This document shows, in pieces, positions 41,477 to 52,494 of a stretch of 64,000 nt of DNA. Position numbers and translations under genes: made by a program. The notes under the pieces are model-generated. The model was not told the origin of the DNA. It did not search any database and saw only the letters and a list, made by a program, of their open reading frames with translations. Numbering within the stretch: position 1 is the stretch's first letter; each line of letters starts with the position of its first letter. This stretch comes from Escherichia phage JM10: the sequence record PP400777. One strand, 5' to 3'.

Positions 41477-41811
41477 AATAAGAAATCTAACGTATTAGTT
41501 TTTTCACCACGAGCAACTGATGGGCGAAGCATGTTTTCGTCAATTGCTTCGCTTGTAATTTTTTCAACAATTCCTGTAGGAATAAATTTAGCAAATTGTG
41601 TTTCTGGAATAGAATTTTCTTCCAAGAAAGCAGTTGTTGCTTCTAAATAAGACATACCAAATTGTTCAACCATGGATTCGATAATGAATCCGTTTTCTTG
41701 TCGGTCAAGCAATTTAGCGATATCATCTTTATCATGTTTTACTGCTAATTCTTGTTCAGATAAACCGGCCTCATCAACCGGTTTAATATCACTTAGTGAA
41801 AACTGTGTCAT
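41473..41811 (-). CDS. 33: late transcription co-activator gp33
   Basis: 112 aa; near-identical to recalled T4 gp33; ATGA overlap with gene 59. Confidence 0.92.
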   Translation of the reverse strand: MTQFSLSDIKPVDEAGLSEQELAVKHDKDDIAKLLDRQENGFIIESMVEQFGMSYLEATTAFLEENSIPETQFAKFIPTGIVEKITSEAIDENMLRPSVARGEKTNTLDFLL

Positions 41812-42058
41812 AAAGCTCGACTACCTCTTCGTTTTCAGCTTCAAATTGATCACGAGCGTCTTTATGATAAAGAACTAACAAACGATTAAACATTTTTCCA
41901 TCAACGCCAAGCTCTTCTTTAGCACGAGTACGAATGTCTTTAATCAGTTCATTATAACCAGAAATTTTAAGTTTGTTATCAGAAGCTTCCTTGACTAGTT
42001 TAGCCAGTTCTTCACCATGCACATCTTGATTAAATTCAACTGCTTCTTTCTTAGCCAT
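41789..42058 (-). CDS. dsbA: double-stranded DNA-binding protein DsbA
   Basis: Start at MAKKE (GAGG SD) gives 89 aa matching T4 DsbA; the ORF-track N-terminal extension is rejected. Confidence 0.88.
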   Translation of the reverse strand: MAKKEAVEFNQDVHGEELAKLVKEASDNKLKISGYNELIKDIRTRAKEELGVDGKMFNRLLVLYHKDARDQFEAENEEVVELYDTVFTK

Positions 42059-42065
42059 GTTTACC

Positions 42066-42983
42066 TCAGAATTCATTAATTACACTTGTTAATTTAGAAA
42101 GACCAGATTTTACAAAGTATGAATAAATCTTGCCTTTAGGTTGTTGTTTATATGAGTTATAATACTCTATAATGGTTGAAGCAATATTATCAGGTATATA
42201 ATCAAAATCAATGAGAACCAAATTTTCTTGATACCGTTTATATTCTTCTGCACTTAATAATACTTCAGCTTGAGAACGGTCATTAGCAATTGCTTCAATA
42301 ATTGATGTTTTCATACTTGGAGTTCGTTCACCATCAACTCTGGTAAACCAGAAGTCACCACGAACTCGAACAGATGCAACGCCGTCTTTACGGTCACCTT
42401 TAAGAATTTTAGTCATGCAATCAATTTCAGCAGAACAGTTCTTAATTTTAACCCATTTTTTCTGTGGTGGCGACCACTGTTTAACGTTAGGATATTTGTG
42501 TAATTGTGTAAAGTCACCATCTGATGCAACAATACATACCTTATGACCAGCTAATGACAAATATTTAGTTAATACACCGATATGGTCATCCGCTTCATAC
42601 TTGTCAATATCCATTACAACGTATGGCATGTATTTCTTAATCTCATCAACAACTTGATGGAGTGCAGTAAAATATCCTTCCCAATCCCACTTTGAAGCTT
42701 CACGATCGGTTTTACGATTTTTCTTGTAATAGTAAGCAAAGTCACGACGCCAATAACCTGAAGTAGCATTATCCATACACAATACAAATTTTGTATAGCC
42801 TTGCTTACGGAACATCACTACGTTTTTACGAATTGAATTCAAGATTACATGGCGAACCATTGGTATCGTAATTTTATCGCCGTCTTCAAAGTTGTTTAAT
42901 GCGGCTGCCAATGCAATGTTACTAAAGTCGGCAAGTGCAATACCTTCTTTATAATCTTCATCCAACATCATTTCTAAATCCAT
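42066..42983 (-). CDS. rnh: RNase H (5'-3' exonuclease, FEN family)
   Basis: 305 aa; near-identical to recalled T4 RNase H. Confidence 0.93.
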   Translation of the reverse strand: MDLEMMLDEDYKEGIALADFSNIALAAALNNFEDGDKITIPMVRHVILNSIRKNVVMFRKQGYTKFVLCMDNATSGYWRRDFAYYYKKNRKTDREASKWDWEGYFTALHQVVDEIKKYMPYVVMDIDKYEADDHIGVLTKYLSLAGHKVCIVASDGDFTQLHKYPNVKQWSPPQKKWVKIKNCSAEIDCMTKILKGDRKDGVASVRVRGDFWFTRVDGERTPSMKTSIIEAIANDRSQAEVLLSAEEYKRYQENLVLIDFDYIPDNIASTIIEYYNSYKQQPKGKIYSYFVKSGLSKLTSVINEF

Positions 42984-43015
42984 ATGAACCTCTTGTTCAG
43001 TTAGTCAACTTTTCT

Positions 43016-43044
43016 ATAGTAACACACTCATTTGAAAGCGTAAA
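43016..43044 (-). promoter_or_regulatory. early promoter GTTTAC-N17-TACTAT for rnh
   Basis: Minus strand reads GTTTAC gctttcaaatgagtgtg TACTAT about 30 nt upstream of the rnh ATG. Confidence 0.55.
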
Positions 43045-43047
43045 CTG

Positions 43048-43055
43048 GTATAAAT
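43048..43055 (+). promoter_or_regulatory. late promoter TATAAATA for gene 34
   Basis: Exact TATAAATA 31 nt upstream of the gene 34 ATG. Confidence 0.65.
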
Positions 43056-43086
43056 AAGTATTATTGAAACAATAAAGGAAAAACGA

Positions 43087-46000
43087 ATGGCCGACATCAA
43101 ACGTAAGTTCAGAGCCGAAGACGGTCTGGACGCCGGTGGCGACAAGATTGTTAACGTAGCATTAGCCGACCGTACAGTAGGTACTGATGGCGTAAACGTT
43201 GACTTCCTGGTACAAGAAAACACCGTTCAAGTATATGATTCTACGCGTGGATATAACAAAGGATTTGTTGTTCTTTATGACAACCGTTTATATCAAGCAA
43301 TAAATGATATCGTGTCTCCTTCCGGGGCATTTAACCTTTTACAATGGCGTGCAGTTCGTACTGATGCACAATGGATAACTGTCGCTTCTGGGACTTATCA
43401 ACTTTCTTCAGGTGAATCGATTTCGGTTAACACTGGTGCCGGCAATGATATGGTTTTCACGTTGCCGAATACGCCGGTTGATGGTGATACTGTTGTTTTG
43501 GCTGATATTGGTGGAAGAACCGGGACAGTTAAAGTACAGATTAACGCGTCTGTGCAGAGTATTTTAAACTTTAGAGGTGAACAAGTTCGTACAGTTTTAA
43601 TGACGCGCCCACGTTCACAACTATTGTTTGTGTTTAGTAATCGTTTGTGGCAGATGTATATTATCGATTATGGTAAAGAATCAATCACTGTTACACCTGC
43701 GACACCATATCAAGCACAAGCAAATGATTTTATCGTTCGTCGTTTTACTAGTGCAGCACCAATCAACATTACACTTCCACGTAATGCTAACAATGGTGAT
43801 ATAATCCACCTAGTTGATTTAGATAAATTAAACCCACTGTATCATACAATTGTTAAAACATTTGATGATACAACGTCTATCGGTGAAGTCGGGACTCATA
43901 TTGCCGAAGGCAGAAATGACTCTGACGCGTTTTTTGTTTTTGATGCTGCAAATAGTTTATGGCGTATACGGGAAGGCGACCAGAAATCGCGTCTTCGTAT
44001 TATCCGTGCGGATTCAAATATTCGTCCAAATGAAGAAGTTCTTATTTTTGGCACAAATAACGCTACAACCGGAACTATTAATCTTACGCTGCCTTCTGGA
44101 ATTTTGAGTGGTGACACTGTTAAAATTTCAATGAACTACATGCGTAAAGGCCAAACAGTAAAAATTAAAGCTGCCGAAGGTGATACAATTGCTTCTTCTG
44201 TTGCATTGCTTCAGTTCCCTAAACGTTCTGAATATCCACCTGATGCTCAATGGGTCTCTGTTACTGAACTAGAATTCAATGGCACTACTTCATATGTTCC
44301 TGTATTAGAATTAGCGTATATCGAAGACACCGTTGCTGGTACACGTTATTGGGTTGTTCAACAAAACGTCCCGACTGTAGAACGTGTTGATGCTGGAACT
44401 GATGCTACACGAGCTCGTTTAGGTGTTATTGCTCTTGCTACTCAAGCGCAAGCAAATGTTGATTTAGAGAATACTCCAGCTAAAGAAGTGGCTATTACTC
44501 CTGAAACGTTGGCAAATCGTACAGCAACTGAAACTCGACGCGGTATCGCTAAAATTGCTACAACAGCACAAGTTAATCAGGATTCTACTGCAACATTTGT
44601 GGATGATACTATCGTTACGCCTAAGAAATTAAATGAGCGTACAGCGACTGAAACTCGTCGCGGTTTAGCAGAAATAGCTACTCAAGCAGAGACTGATGCT
44701 GGGACTGATGATACAACTATTATCACTCCTAAGAAATTACAGGCACGTCAGGGTTCAGAAACTCTGTCTGGTATAGTTAAATATGTATCGACTGCTTCAG
44801 CTACTCCTGCTGCTACTCGTGGAACTGCAGGCACTAACGTTTATAATAAAGACACAACTACGTTAACTATTTCGCCTAAAGCTCTCGATCAGTATAAAGC
44901 GACTTCTACTCAACAGGGTGCTACTATTCTGGCTCTTGAAAGTGAAGTAATTGCTGGTCAATCCCAAGCAGGTTATTCTCACGCTGTAGTAACTCCTGAA
45001 ACACTACATAAGAAAACTTCTACTGATGGACGTATTGGTTTAATTGAAATTGCTACGCAAGAAGAAACTAATGCTGGGACTGATTATACACGTGCAGTAA
45101 CGCCTAAGACGTTAAATGATAGGAAAGCTACGGAAGGATTATCCGGCATAGCCGAACTTGCTACGCAAGTTGAATTTGATACTGGAACTGACGATACTCG
45201 TATCTCAACTCCACTGAAAATTAAAACTCATTTTGATTCTTCTGACCGTACCAGTGTTAATTCTGATTCCGGACTTATTGAAGAAGGAACCTTGTGGAAC
45301 CATTATACTCTTGATATTTCTAAAGCAAATGAAACACAACGTGGCACACTTCGCGTAGCGACCCAGGCAGAATCTAATACAGGAACTTTAGATGATGTTC
45401 TTATTACTCCTAAAAAGCTTTTAGGGACTAAGTCCACTGAAACGTCTGAAGGCGTAATTAAGGTTGCTACTCAGGCTGAAACTGTAACAGGAACTTCTGC
45501 TAATACTGCTGTATCTCCAAAAAATTTAAAATGGATTGCGCAGAGTGAACCTACCTGGGCAGCTACTACTGCGATAAGAGGTTTTGTTAAAACTTCATTC
45601 GGTTCTATTACATTTGTTGGCGACGATACTCAAGGTAGTACACAGGACCTGAATCTTTACGAGAAAAATAGTTATGCTATTTCTCCATATGAATTAAATC
45701 GCGTATTAGCAAATTATTTGCCATTGAAAGCTAAAGCTGTAGATAGTAATTTATTAGATGGACTAGATTCATCTCAGTTCATTCGTAGGGATATTGCACA
45801 GACGGTTAATGGTTCACTAACCTTAACCCAACAAACGAATCTGAGTGCCCCTCTTGTATCATCTAGTACTGCTACGTTTGGTGGTTCAGTTTCGGCAAAT
45901 AGTACATTAACTATTTCTAACTCTGGAACAGCAACTCGTCTGATTTTTGAAAAAGGACCTCAAACTGGAACTAACCCAGCGCAGACGATGACTATCAGAG

Positions 46001-46962
46001 TTTGGGGAAATCAGTTTGGCGGCGGATCAGATACATCACGTTCTACTGTATTTGAAGTTGGAGATGAAACATCTAATCACTTTTATTCTCAACGTAATAA
46101 AGCTGGGAATATAACGTTTAGCATTAACGGTACTGTGATGCCGATAAATGTTAACGCTTCAGGTTCTTTGAACGCTAACGGCGTTGCAACATTTGGTAGT
46201 TCAGTTACAGCCAATGGTGAATTCATTAGCAAGTCTGCAAATGCATTTAGAGTAATTAGTGGTGATTACGGATTCTTTATTCGTAATGATGCTGCTAATA
46301 CCTATTTTATGCTCACTGCATCAGGTGATCAGACCGGTGGTTTTAATGGATTACGCCCATTATTAATTAATAATCAATCCGGTCAGATTACAATTGGTGA
46401 AGGCTTAATCGTTGCCAAAGGTGCTACTATAAATTCAGGTGGTTTGACTGTTAACTCGAGAATTCGTTCTCATGGTACTAAAACATCTGATTTATATACC
46501 CGTGCACCAACATCTGATACTGTAGGATTCTGGTCAATAGATATTAACGATTCAGCCACTTATAACCAATTCCCTGGTTATTTTAAAATGGTTGAAAAAA
46601 CTAATGAAGTGACTGGACTTCCATACTTAGAACGTGGCGAAGAAGTTAAATCTCCTGGTACATTGACTCAGTTTGGTAATACACTTGATTCACTTTACCA
46701 AGATTGGATTACTTATCCAACAACTCCAGAAGCACGTACCACTCGCTGGACACGTACATGGCAGAAAACTAAAAATTCTTGGTCAAGTTTTGTTCAGGTA
46801 TTTGATGGAGGTAACCCTCCTCAACCATCTGATATTGGTGCTTTACCATCTGATAATGCTACAATGGGGAATCTTACTATTCGTGATTTCTTAAGGATTG
46901 GTAATGTCCGCATTATTCCAGACCCTGTGAATAAATCTGTTAAATTCGAGTGGATTGAATAA
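43087..46962 (+). CDS. 34: long tail fibre proximal subunit gp34
   Basis: 1291 aa (T4 gp34 is 1289); internal fibre repeats (x-ATETRRG-x-A-x-IAT-x-A-x-x-GTDDT-x-I-TPKKL). Confidence 0.93.
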   Translation: MADIKRKFRAEDGLDAGGDKIVNVALADRTVGTDGVNVDFLVQENTVQVYDSTRGYNKGFVVLYDNRLYQAINDIVSPSGAFNLLQWRAVRTDAQWITVASGTYQLSSGESISVNTGAGNDMVFTLPNTPVDGDTVVLADIGGRTGTVKVQINASVQSILNFRGEQVRTVLMTRPRSQLLFVFSNRLWQMYIIDYGKESITVTPATPYQAQANDFIVRRFTSAAPINITLPRNANNGDIIHLVDLDKLNPLYHTIVKTFDDTTSIGEVGTHIAEGRNDSDAFFVFDAANSLWRIREGDQKSRLRIIRADSNIRPNEEVLIFGTNNATTGTINLTLPSGILSGDTVKISMNYMRKGQTVKIKAAEGDTIASSVALLQFPKRSEYPPDAQWVSVTELEFNGTTSYVPVLELAYIEDTVAGTRYWVVQQNVPTVERVDAGTDATRARLGVIALATQAQANVDLENTPAKEVAITPETLANRTATETRRGIAKIATTAQVNQDSTATFVDDTIVTPKKLNERTATETRRGLAEIATQAETDAGTDDTTIITPKKLQARQGSETLSGIVKYVSTASATPAATRGTAGTNVYNKDTTTLTISPKALDQYKATSTQQGATILALESEVIAGQSQAGYSHAVVTPETLHKKTSTDGRIGLIEIATQEETNAGTDYTRAVTPKTLNDRKATEGLSGIAELATQVEFDTGTDDTRISTPLKIKTHFDSSDRTSVNSDSGLIEEGTLWNHYTLDISKANETQRGTLRVATQAESNTGTLDDVLITPKKLLGTKSTETSEGVIKVATQAETVTGTSANTAVSPKNLKWIAQSEPTWAATTAIRGFVKTSFGSITFVGDDTQGSTQDLNLYEKNSYAISPYELNRVLANYLPLKAKAVDSNLLDGLDSSQFIRRDIAQTVNGSLTLTQQTNLSAPLVSSSTATFGGSVSANSTLTISNSGTATRLIFEKGPQTGTNPAQTMTIRVWGNQFGGGSDTSRSTVFEVGDETSNHFYSQRNKAGNITFSINGTVMPINVNASGSLNANGVATFGSSVTANGEFISKSANAFRVISGDYGFFIRNDAANTYFMLTASGDQTGGFNGLRPLLINNQSGQITIGEGLIVAKGATINSGGLTVNSRIRSHGTKTSDLYTRAPTSDTVGFWSIDINDSATYNQFPGYFKMVEKTNEVTGLPYLERGEEVKSPGTLTQFGNTLDSLYQDWITYPTTPEARTTRWTRTWQKTKNSWSSFVQVFDGGNPPQPSDIGALPSDNATMGNLTIRDFLRIGNVRIIPDPVNKSVKFEWIE

Positions 46963-46970
46963 GAGGTATT

Positions 46971-48098
46971 ATGGAAAAATTTATGGCTAAGTTTGGACAA
47001 GGATACGTCCAAACGCCATTTTTATCGGAAAGCAATTCAGTACGATTTAAATTAAGCATAGCGGGATCTTGCCCGCTATCAACATCTCCTGCTTATATTA
47101 AGTTCCAGGATAATCCACTTGGGTCCCAGGTTTTTTCTGTTGGATTAAACGTTCGTGTAATAAATCCTACAACAGGTGCAGTAGTTGAATCTAAGTCATA
47201 TAATTTCTCTACTGAAAACGACGCCACGTCAAGTGCATTTGTTACTTACATGGACACATATGCTTCAAATTTTATATTTGCTCTTGTTACTAACGCTAAA
47301 ACAAACTTTCCTCCTGAAGTTCTCGCATGGTTTACCAAAGCTGGGAGTTCTGCTATTCCATTAGCTCAACAAGTTTTAAATATAGTGGACATTTCTTATT
47401 CTGCATTTTATATTTCTGGTAAGAACGCTATAGCACTAGAACATATTAAGTATAGTAATAAGAAAACTTCAACCGACTATAGTACACCACTTGATGTTGT
47501 GTACGACACTATCGATGATATTGGTGCTACCGGCTTCCCTAGTCGTACGTACGAATCGACAGACACATTTTTATCTGCTGTTGGAGGTACTAATAACGAA
47601 ATTAAAAGGATGCCTACAACATCCCTTATTACACCTCTCGCTGGGTATAAATTGAAGCCTGGAGATTTCCTTTATATGAAATTCCAACTAATGGCAGATG
47701 CTGATTTGTTAGCACAAGGGACGACACGACTTTCTATTCGTTTCTTTAAATCTCCTTCTACTTCACCTATTTCATTTAAGGATATAAACTTTGATGGGGG
47801 TGCAGGTGAATGGAAGATATATGAAGACTACATAGAAATTCCTGCTGGTGCTGACGGGTTCACGATTTATTGTTATCGTACAGCTCCAGTCGGGCAAGGC
47901 GGATTAAGAAACGTTATATTCACTGAAGTGTCATGTAATGGAAGCGTTTCAAAACCTGCTGAGTTTGGTATAAATGGTATTCGTGTAAATTATGTTTCAG
48001 AATCTTTAAGTGCCCCAGACATAATGACATTACCTACTCAATCTTCAACTGATACTGGTAAGGTATTTGGACAAGAATTTAAAGAAGCATCAGAATAA
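46971..48098 (+). CDS. 35: long tail fibre hinge connector gp35
   Basis: 375 aa; synteny and size. Confidence 0.88.
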   Translation: MEKFMAKFGQGYVQTPFLSESNSVRFKLSIAGSCPLSTSPAYIKFQDNPLGSQVFSVGLNVRVINPTTGAVVESKSYNFSTENDATSSAFVTYMDTYASNFIFALVTNAKTNFPPEVLAWFTKAGSSAIPLAQQVLNIVDISYSAFYISGKNAIALEHIKYSNKKTSTDYSTPLDVVYDTIDDIGATGFPSRTYESTDTFLSAVGGTNNEIKRMPTTSLITPLAGYKLKPGDFLYMKFQLMADADLLAQGTTRLSIRFFKSPSTSPISFKDINFDGGAGEWKIYEDYIEIPAGADGFTIYCYRTAPVGQGGLRNVIFTEVSCNGSVSKPAEFGINGIRVNYVSESLSAPDIMTLPTQSSTDTGKVFGQEFKEASE

Positions 48099-48103
48099 AT
48101 TTA

Positions 48104-48121
48104 GGGAGACTTCGGTCTCCC
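48104..48121 (+). terminator. hairpin GGGAGAC-UUCG-GUCUCCC after gene 35
   Basis: Perfect 7-bp stem with tetraloop followed by AUUUUUG; identical 18-mer to the element at 23005. Confidence 0.6.
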
Positions 48122-48128
48122 ATTTTTG

Positions 48129-48136
48129 TATAAATA
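48129..48136 (+). promoter_or_regulatory. late promoter TATAAATA for genes 36-37
   Basis: Exact TATAAATA 25 nt upstream of the gene 36 ATG. Confidence 0.65.
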
Positions 48137-48160
48137 TGGTATACATATAAGGAGACAACT

Positions 48161-48823
48161 ATGGCCGATTTAAAAGCTGGTAGTACAACTGGCGGTGCTG
48201 TTATATGGCATCAAGGTAATTTCCCTTTAATGCCAGCAGGTGATGACGTCCTGTATAAAACGTTTAAACTCTATTCAGAATATAATAAACCACAAGCTGC
48301 TGATAACGATTTCGTTTCTAAAGCTAATGGTGGTACTTACGCTGCAACTGTTCGATTTAACGGAGGCGTACATGTTCCTACTGTAGGTAGTAGTCAACAG
48401 TGTGGTGTTTATCCAGGTAACGGTGATGCAGCTACTTTTGATATGGCAAATATTGACATCGTTTCGTGGAATGGTATTGGTTTTAAGTCATCACAAGGTT
48501 CAGCAGACCGAACTGTTGTTATTAACGCTCGTACCGGTGATATTAATACGAAAGGCGTTGTATCTGCTTCAGGACAAGTAAGAAGCGATATGACTGCTCC
48601 GGTTGCAGCAAATGATCTCACAAGAAAAGATTATGTTGATGGACGAATAAATATTGTTACGGATAACGCAAATTCCCGTGTATTGCGTAAAGGCGATACA
48701 ATGACTGGTACTTTAACAGCACCAAACTTTTTCTCACAGAATCCGGCGTCTGAGGCTAATCATGTTCCTCGTTTCGACCAGATTGTAATTAAAGATTCTG
48801 TTCAAGATTTCGGCTATTATTAA
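48161..48823 (+). CDS. 36: long tail fibre distal connector gp36
   Basis: 220 aa; synteny and size. Confidence 0.88.
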   Translation: MADLKAGSTTGGAVIWHQGNFPLMPAGDDVLYKTFKLYSEYNKPQAADNDFVSKANGGTYAATVRFNGGVHVPTVGSSQQCGVYPGNGDAATFDMANIDIVSWNGIGFKSSQGSADRTVVINARTGDINTKGVVSASGQVRSDMTAPVAANDLTRKDYVDGRINIVTDNANSRVLRKGDTMTGTLTAPNFFSQNPASEANHVPRFDQIVIKDSVQDFGYY

Positions 48824-48831
48824 GAGGACTT

Positions 48832-51800
48832 ATGGCTACTTTAAAACAAATACAATTTAAAAGAAGCAAAACCGCAGGTGCACGTCCTGCTGCTTCAGTA
48901 TTAGCCGAAGGTGAATTGGCTATAAACTTAAAAGATAGAACAATTTTTACTAAAGATGATACAGGAAATATCATTGATCTAGGTATTGCTAAAGGCGGTC
49001 AAATTGATGGAAATGTAACTATTGATGGAACTTTACGCGTCAATGGACCAATAAACAACTTTGGAAATTTTTCTACAAGTGGTACTATTACGGCAAGTAA
49101 TATTGTTTCTGCTACAGTATTCAGATCAACATCCGGTTCATTTTATACAAGAGCAATAAATGATACTGCAAAGGCCCATCTTTGGTTTGAAAATACAAAT
49201 GGCTCAGAACGTGGCGTTTTATATTCAAACCCGCAGTCTGAAAATGAAGGCGTAATTACAATGCGTGTTCGTCAAGGAACCGCTGCGGAAGCTCAAAATT
49301 CAGAATTTCATTTCATTTCTACTGATGGCGGTATCTTCCAGGCACGCAAATTAACTGCTTTAACTTCTATTAGTACACCAACTATTAGTGTTAATTTAAT
49401 TAATCATGATTCTAAATCATTTGGACAATATGATTCACAATCTTTGGTTAACTATGTTTATCCTGGAACTGGTGAAACGAATGGTGTAAACTATCTTCGT
49501 AAAGTTTGCGCTACGTCCGGTGGTACAATTTATCATGAAATTGTTACTGCACAAAAAGGCCTGTCTGATGAAGTTTCTTGGTGGACTGGTAATACACCAT
49601 TATTTAAACTATATGGTATTCGTAGCGACGGCAGACTGATTATCCGCAATAGCCTGGCCATCGGTACTGTGACGGGAGGGTTTCCGTCAAGCGATTATGG
49701 CAATGTTGAGGCACTAGGAAATATATTTCTTGCTTTAGGTGATAACGGGACAGGTTTACGCTATCGAAAAACCGGGGTATTTGATTTCGTTGGTTCTGGA
49801 CTATCTGTCGCATCTATTACACCTGACAGTTTCCGTAGTACTCGTAAAGGTATATTTGGTCGTTCCGAGGACCAAGGCGCAACTTGGATAATGCCTGGGA
49901 CCAACGCCGCGTTTTTAACGGTTCAAACACAGGCTGATGAAAACACTGCTGGAGACGGTCAAACCCATATTGGATATAATTCTGGCGGGAAAATGTCCCA
50001 CTATTTCCGTGGTAAAGGCCAAACTAATATTAATACTCAAGAAGGCATGGAAGTTAACCCGGGTATTTTGAAATTGGTAACTGGCTCTAATAACGTACAG
50101 TTTTATGCTAACGGAACAGTATCTTCAATACAAAGAATTAAATTTGATAATGGATTAGTTCTTACTGGTGCTAGACCCGATGGTATTCAACTTGATGCTC
50201 CTACAACAACAGATGGCACTAAAACTATATTGTGGGCCGGCGGTACTCGTGAGGGTCAGAATAAAAGTTATGTATCTATTAAAGCATGGGGTAATTCATT
50301 TAACGCATCTGGCGATCGTAATCGTGAAACGGTTTTTGAAGTAGCTGATGGACAAGGATATTATTTCTACGCTCAACGTACTAATCCTGCGTCAGGTCAA
50401 ACAGTAGGTCCGGTTAACTTTAAATTTAACGGAACTGTCGAAACAGGCCATATCATAGGCCTTGGTAATATAAGTGCCTCCGGTACAGGTTCTTTTGGTG
50501 GCAATGTTACTATGTCTAACGGTTTGTTTGTCCAAGGTGGTTCTTCTATTACTGGACAAGTTAAAATCGGCGGAACAGCTGATGCATTAAGAATTTGGAA
50601 TGCTGAATACGGGGCTATTTTCCGTCGTTCTGAAGATAAACTTTATATTATTCCAACTCCACAAAATGCTGGTGAATCAGGTGGTATTTCTAATTTACGT
50701 CCATTTACCATGACTCTTAGTACTGGTAAAATGGAATTTAAACATGATGTTGGACTTGGTGATAACGGCTCCGGTGGAAGCATATTATTTGTAGATAACA
50801 CTAACAAAGCCACTACTAATAACGGTCGTTTATACGTTAATATGACAAGTGATGCTATAGTGCTTAATGCTCCTACACAAGAAACATCTAACTTTATCCA
50901 AGGACGCAAAGCTAACGTCACTAAATGGTATGTTGGTATTGGCGACAGTGGTGATTCTGTTCGTATGCATAGCTATGCATATTCCCACGGCTTGGTATTA
51001 AGTGCTAACTCCGTTGATATTACTAAACCGTTAAAAGTTGGTAATGCTCAATTCGGTACTGATGGTAATATCACCGGTGGTTCTGGTAACTTTGCCAACT
51101 TGAACACCACAATAAATAACCTTAAGACGGATATCGTCTCAAGTTATCCAATTGGCGCTCCGATTCCTTGGCCAACGGATACTCCTCCTGACGGTTACGC
51201 TATTATGGAAGGTCAGACTTTTGATAAGTCTGCATACCCAAAATTGGCTATGGCTTACCCATCTGGCGCTCTGCCTGATATGCGTGGTCAAACTATCAAG
51301 GGTAAACCATCTGGGCGTGCTGTATTAAGTACAGAAGCCGATGGTGTTAAGTCACATAGCCATAGTGCAAGTGCATCAAGCACAGATTTGGGTACTAAAA
51401 ACACATCAAGTTTTGATTATGGTACTAAAACCTCTTCAAGCTTTGATTATGGTACGAAGACTAGCAATACAACAGGTAACCATAACCATACAGTAAGCGG
51501 TACTACTGGTGCAGCAGGTAACCACCAGCACTCACAAACCGGTCCAAGGGGTCCTAATAATCAACCAACAGGAATATTTCCTAATGGATCTACTCTAATT
51601 AGTGGAACCCAGGTTGTTGGTTTTGGCCTAAGCAACGGTGTCGTGCCTGGTTCAAGCCAATATATTGCAAAGTCATCGACAGAAGGTAACCATACACACT
51701 CTTGGTCTGGTACTACTAGCTCTACGGGTAACCATGCTCATACTGTAGGTATTGGTGCTCACACTCACACGGTAGGTATTGGTGCTCATTCTCATACTGT

Positions 51801-51903
51801 TGCAATTGGTTCCCATGGACATACAATAACTGTAAATGCCACAGGAAATACAGAAAACACAGTTAAAAACGTTGCTTTTAACTATATCGTTCGTTTAGCA
51901 TAA
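48832..51903 (+). CDS. 37: long tail fibre distal subunit gp37 (receptor-binding tip)
   Basis: 1023 aa; C-terminal His-x-His repeats ([39 protein letters not shown]), the T4 gp37 iron-binding needle signature; ends ...NYIVRLA. Confidence 0.93.
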   Translation: MATLKQIQFKRSKTAGARPAASVLAEGELAINLKDRTIFTKDDTGNIIDLGIAKGGQIDGNVTIDGTLRVNGPINNFGNFSTSGTITASNIVSATVFRSTSGSFYTRAINDTAKAHLWFENTNGSERGVLYSNPQSENEGVITMRVRQGTAAEAQNSEFHFISTDGGIFQARKLTALTSISTPTISVNLINHDSKSFGQYDSQSLVNYVYPGTGETNGVNYLRKVCATSGGTIYHEIVTAQKGLSDEVSWWTGNTPLFKLYGIRSDGRLIIRNSLAIGTVTGGFPSSDYGNVEALGNIFLALGDNGTGLRYRKTGVFDFVGSGLSVASITPDSFRSTRKGIFGRSEDQGATWIMPGTNAAFLTVQTQADENTAGDGQTHIGYNSGGKMSHYFRGKGQTNINTQEGMEVNPGILKLVTGSNNVQFYANGTVSSIQRIKFDNGLVLTGARPDGIQLDAPTTTDGTKTILWAGGTREGQNKSYVSIKAWGNSFNASGDRNRETVFEVADGQGYYFYAQRTNPASGQTVGPVNFKFNGTVETGHIIGLGNISASGTGSFGGNVTMSNGLFVQGGSSITGQVKIGGTADALRIWNAEYGAIFRRSEDKLYIIPTPQNAGESGGISNLRPFTMTLSTGKMEFKHDVGLGDNGSGGSILFVDNTNKATTNNGRLYVNMTSDAIVLNAPTQETSNFIQGRKANVTKWYVGIGDSGDSVRMHSYAYSHGLVLSANSVDITKPLKVGNAQFGTDGNITGGSGNFANLNTTINNLKTDIVSSYPIGAPIPWPTDTPPDGYAIMEGQTFDKSAYPKLAMAYPSGALPDMRGQTIKGKPSGRAVLSTEADGVKSHSHSASASSTDLGTKNTSSFDYGTKTSSSFDYGTKTSNTTGNHNHTVSGTTGAAGNHQHSQTGPRGPNNQPTGIFPNGSTLISGTQVVGFGLSNGVVPGSSQYIAKSSTEGNHTHSWSGTTSSTGNHAHTVGIGAHTHTVGIGAHSHTVAIGSHGHTITVNATGNTENTVKNVAFNYIVRLA
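51391..51462 (+). repeat. tandem 30-bp repeat (about 2.4 copies) inside the gene 37 tip region
   Basis: ggtactaaaaacacatcaagttttgattat / ggtactaaaacctcttcaagctttgattat / ggtacgaagact, encoding [24 protein letters not shown]. Confidence 0.8.
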
Positions 51904-51907
51904 GGAG

Positions 51908-51925
51908 AAGGGACTTCTGTCCCTT
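51908..51925 (+). terminator. hairpin AAGGGAC-UUCU-GUCCCUU then UUUUAU after gene 37
   Basis: 7-bp stem plus U-run immediately after the gene 37 stop. Confidence 0.6.
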
Positions 51926-51933
51926 TTTATAAT

Positions 51934-52485
51934 ATGAAACTCTATCACTATTATTTTGACACTAAAGAATTTTACAAAGAAGAAAATTATAAACCATTAA
52001 AAGGCGTAGGATTTCCGGCTCATTCGACACCAAAAAAACCTTTAGACCCTAAAGAAGGCTATGCTGTTGTATTTGATGAACGCGAACAAGAATGGGTATA
52101 TGTTGAAGACCATCGTGGAAAAACAGTATGGACTTATGATAAGCAAAAAATTGTTATTGACACTCCAGGTGCTCTTCAAAATGTTACTACAGAAGAACCC
52201 GGTGAATTTGACATTTGGACCGACGACGGGTGGAAGGAAGATGAAGCATATAAACGCGTAGTTCAACGTGATAAGAAAATTCATGAACTCTATAAATTAT
52301 TCAGTGTTTTAAGTTCTCTTATCGACGCAGAGGTTGCTAATAGAGAAGAAAAACGAAAATTTAAAGAGCTCAAAAAATTCTTTGCCCTTTTAGAAAAACA
52401 TGAACATCTTGGCGGCGAATTCCCTAAATTCCCTGACCTTGAAAATAAATCTATTATCAAAGCGATTATAAATATCTTTAAGTAA
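51934..52485 (+). CDS. 38: gp38, T4-type long tail fibre assembly chaperone
   Basis: 183 aa, same length as T4 gp38; N-terminus MKLYHYYFDTKEFYKEENYKP matches recalled T4 gp38. Confidence 0.88.
   Translation: MKLYHYYFDTKEFYKEENYKPLKGVGFPAHSTPKKPLDPKEGYAVVFDEREQEWVYVEDHRGKTVWTYDKQKIVIDTPGALQNVTTEEPGEFDIWTDDGWKEDEAYKRVVQRDKKIHELYKLFSVLSSLIDAEVANREEKRKFKELKKFFALLEKHEHLGGEFPKFPDLENKSIIKAIINIFK
52467..52474 (+). promoter_or_regulatory. late promoter TATAAATA for holin t (inside the gene 38 3' end)
   Basis: Exact TATAAATA 20 nt upstream of the t ATG. Confidence 0.55.
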
Positions 52486-52494
52486 GGAGGTATT

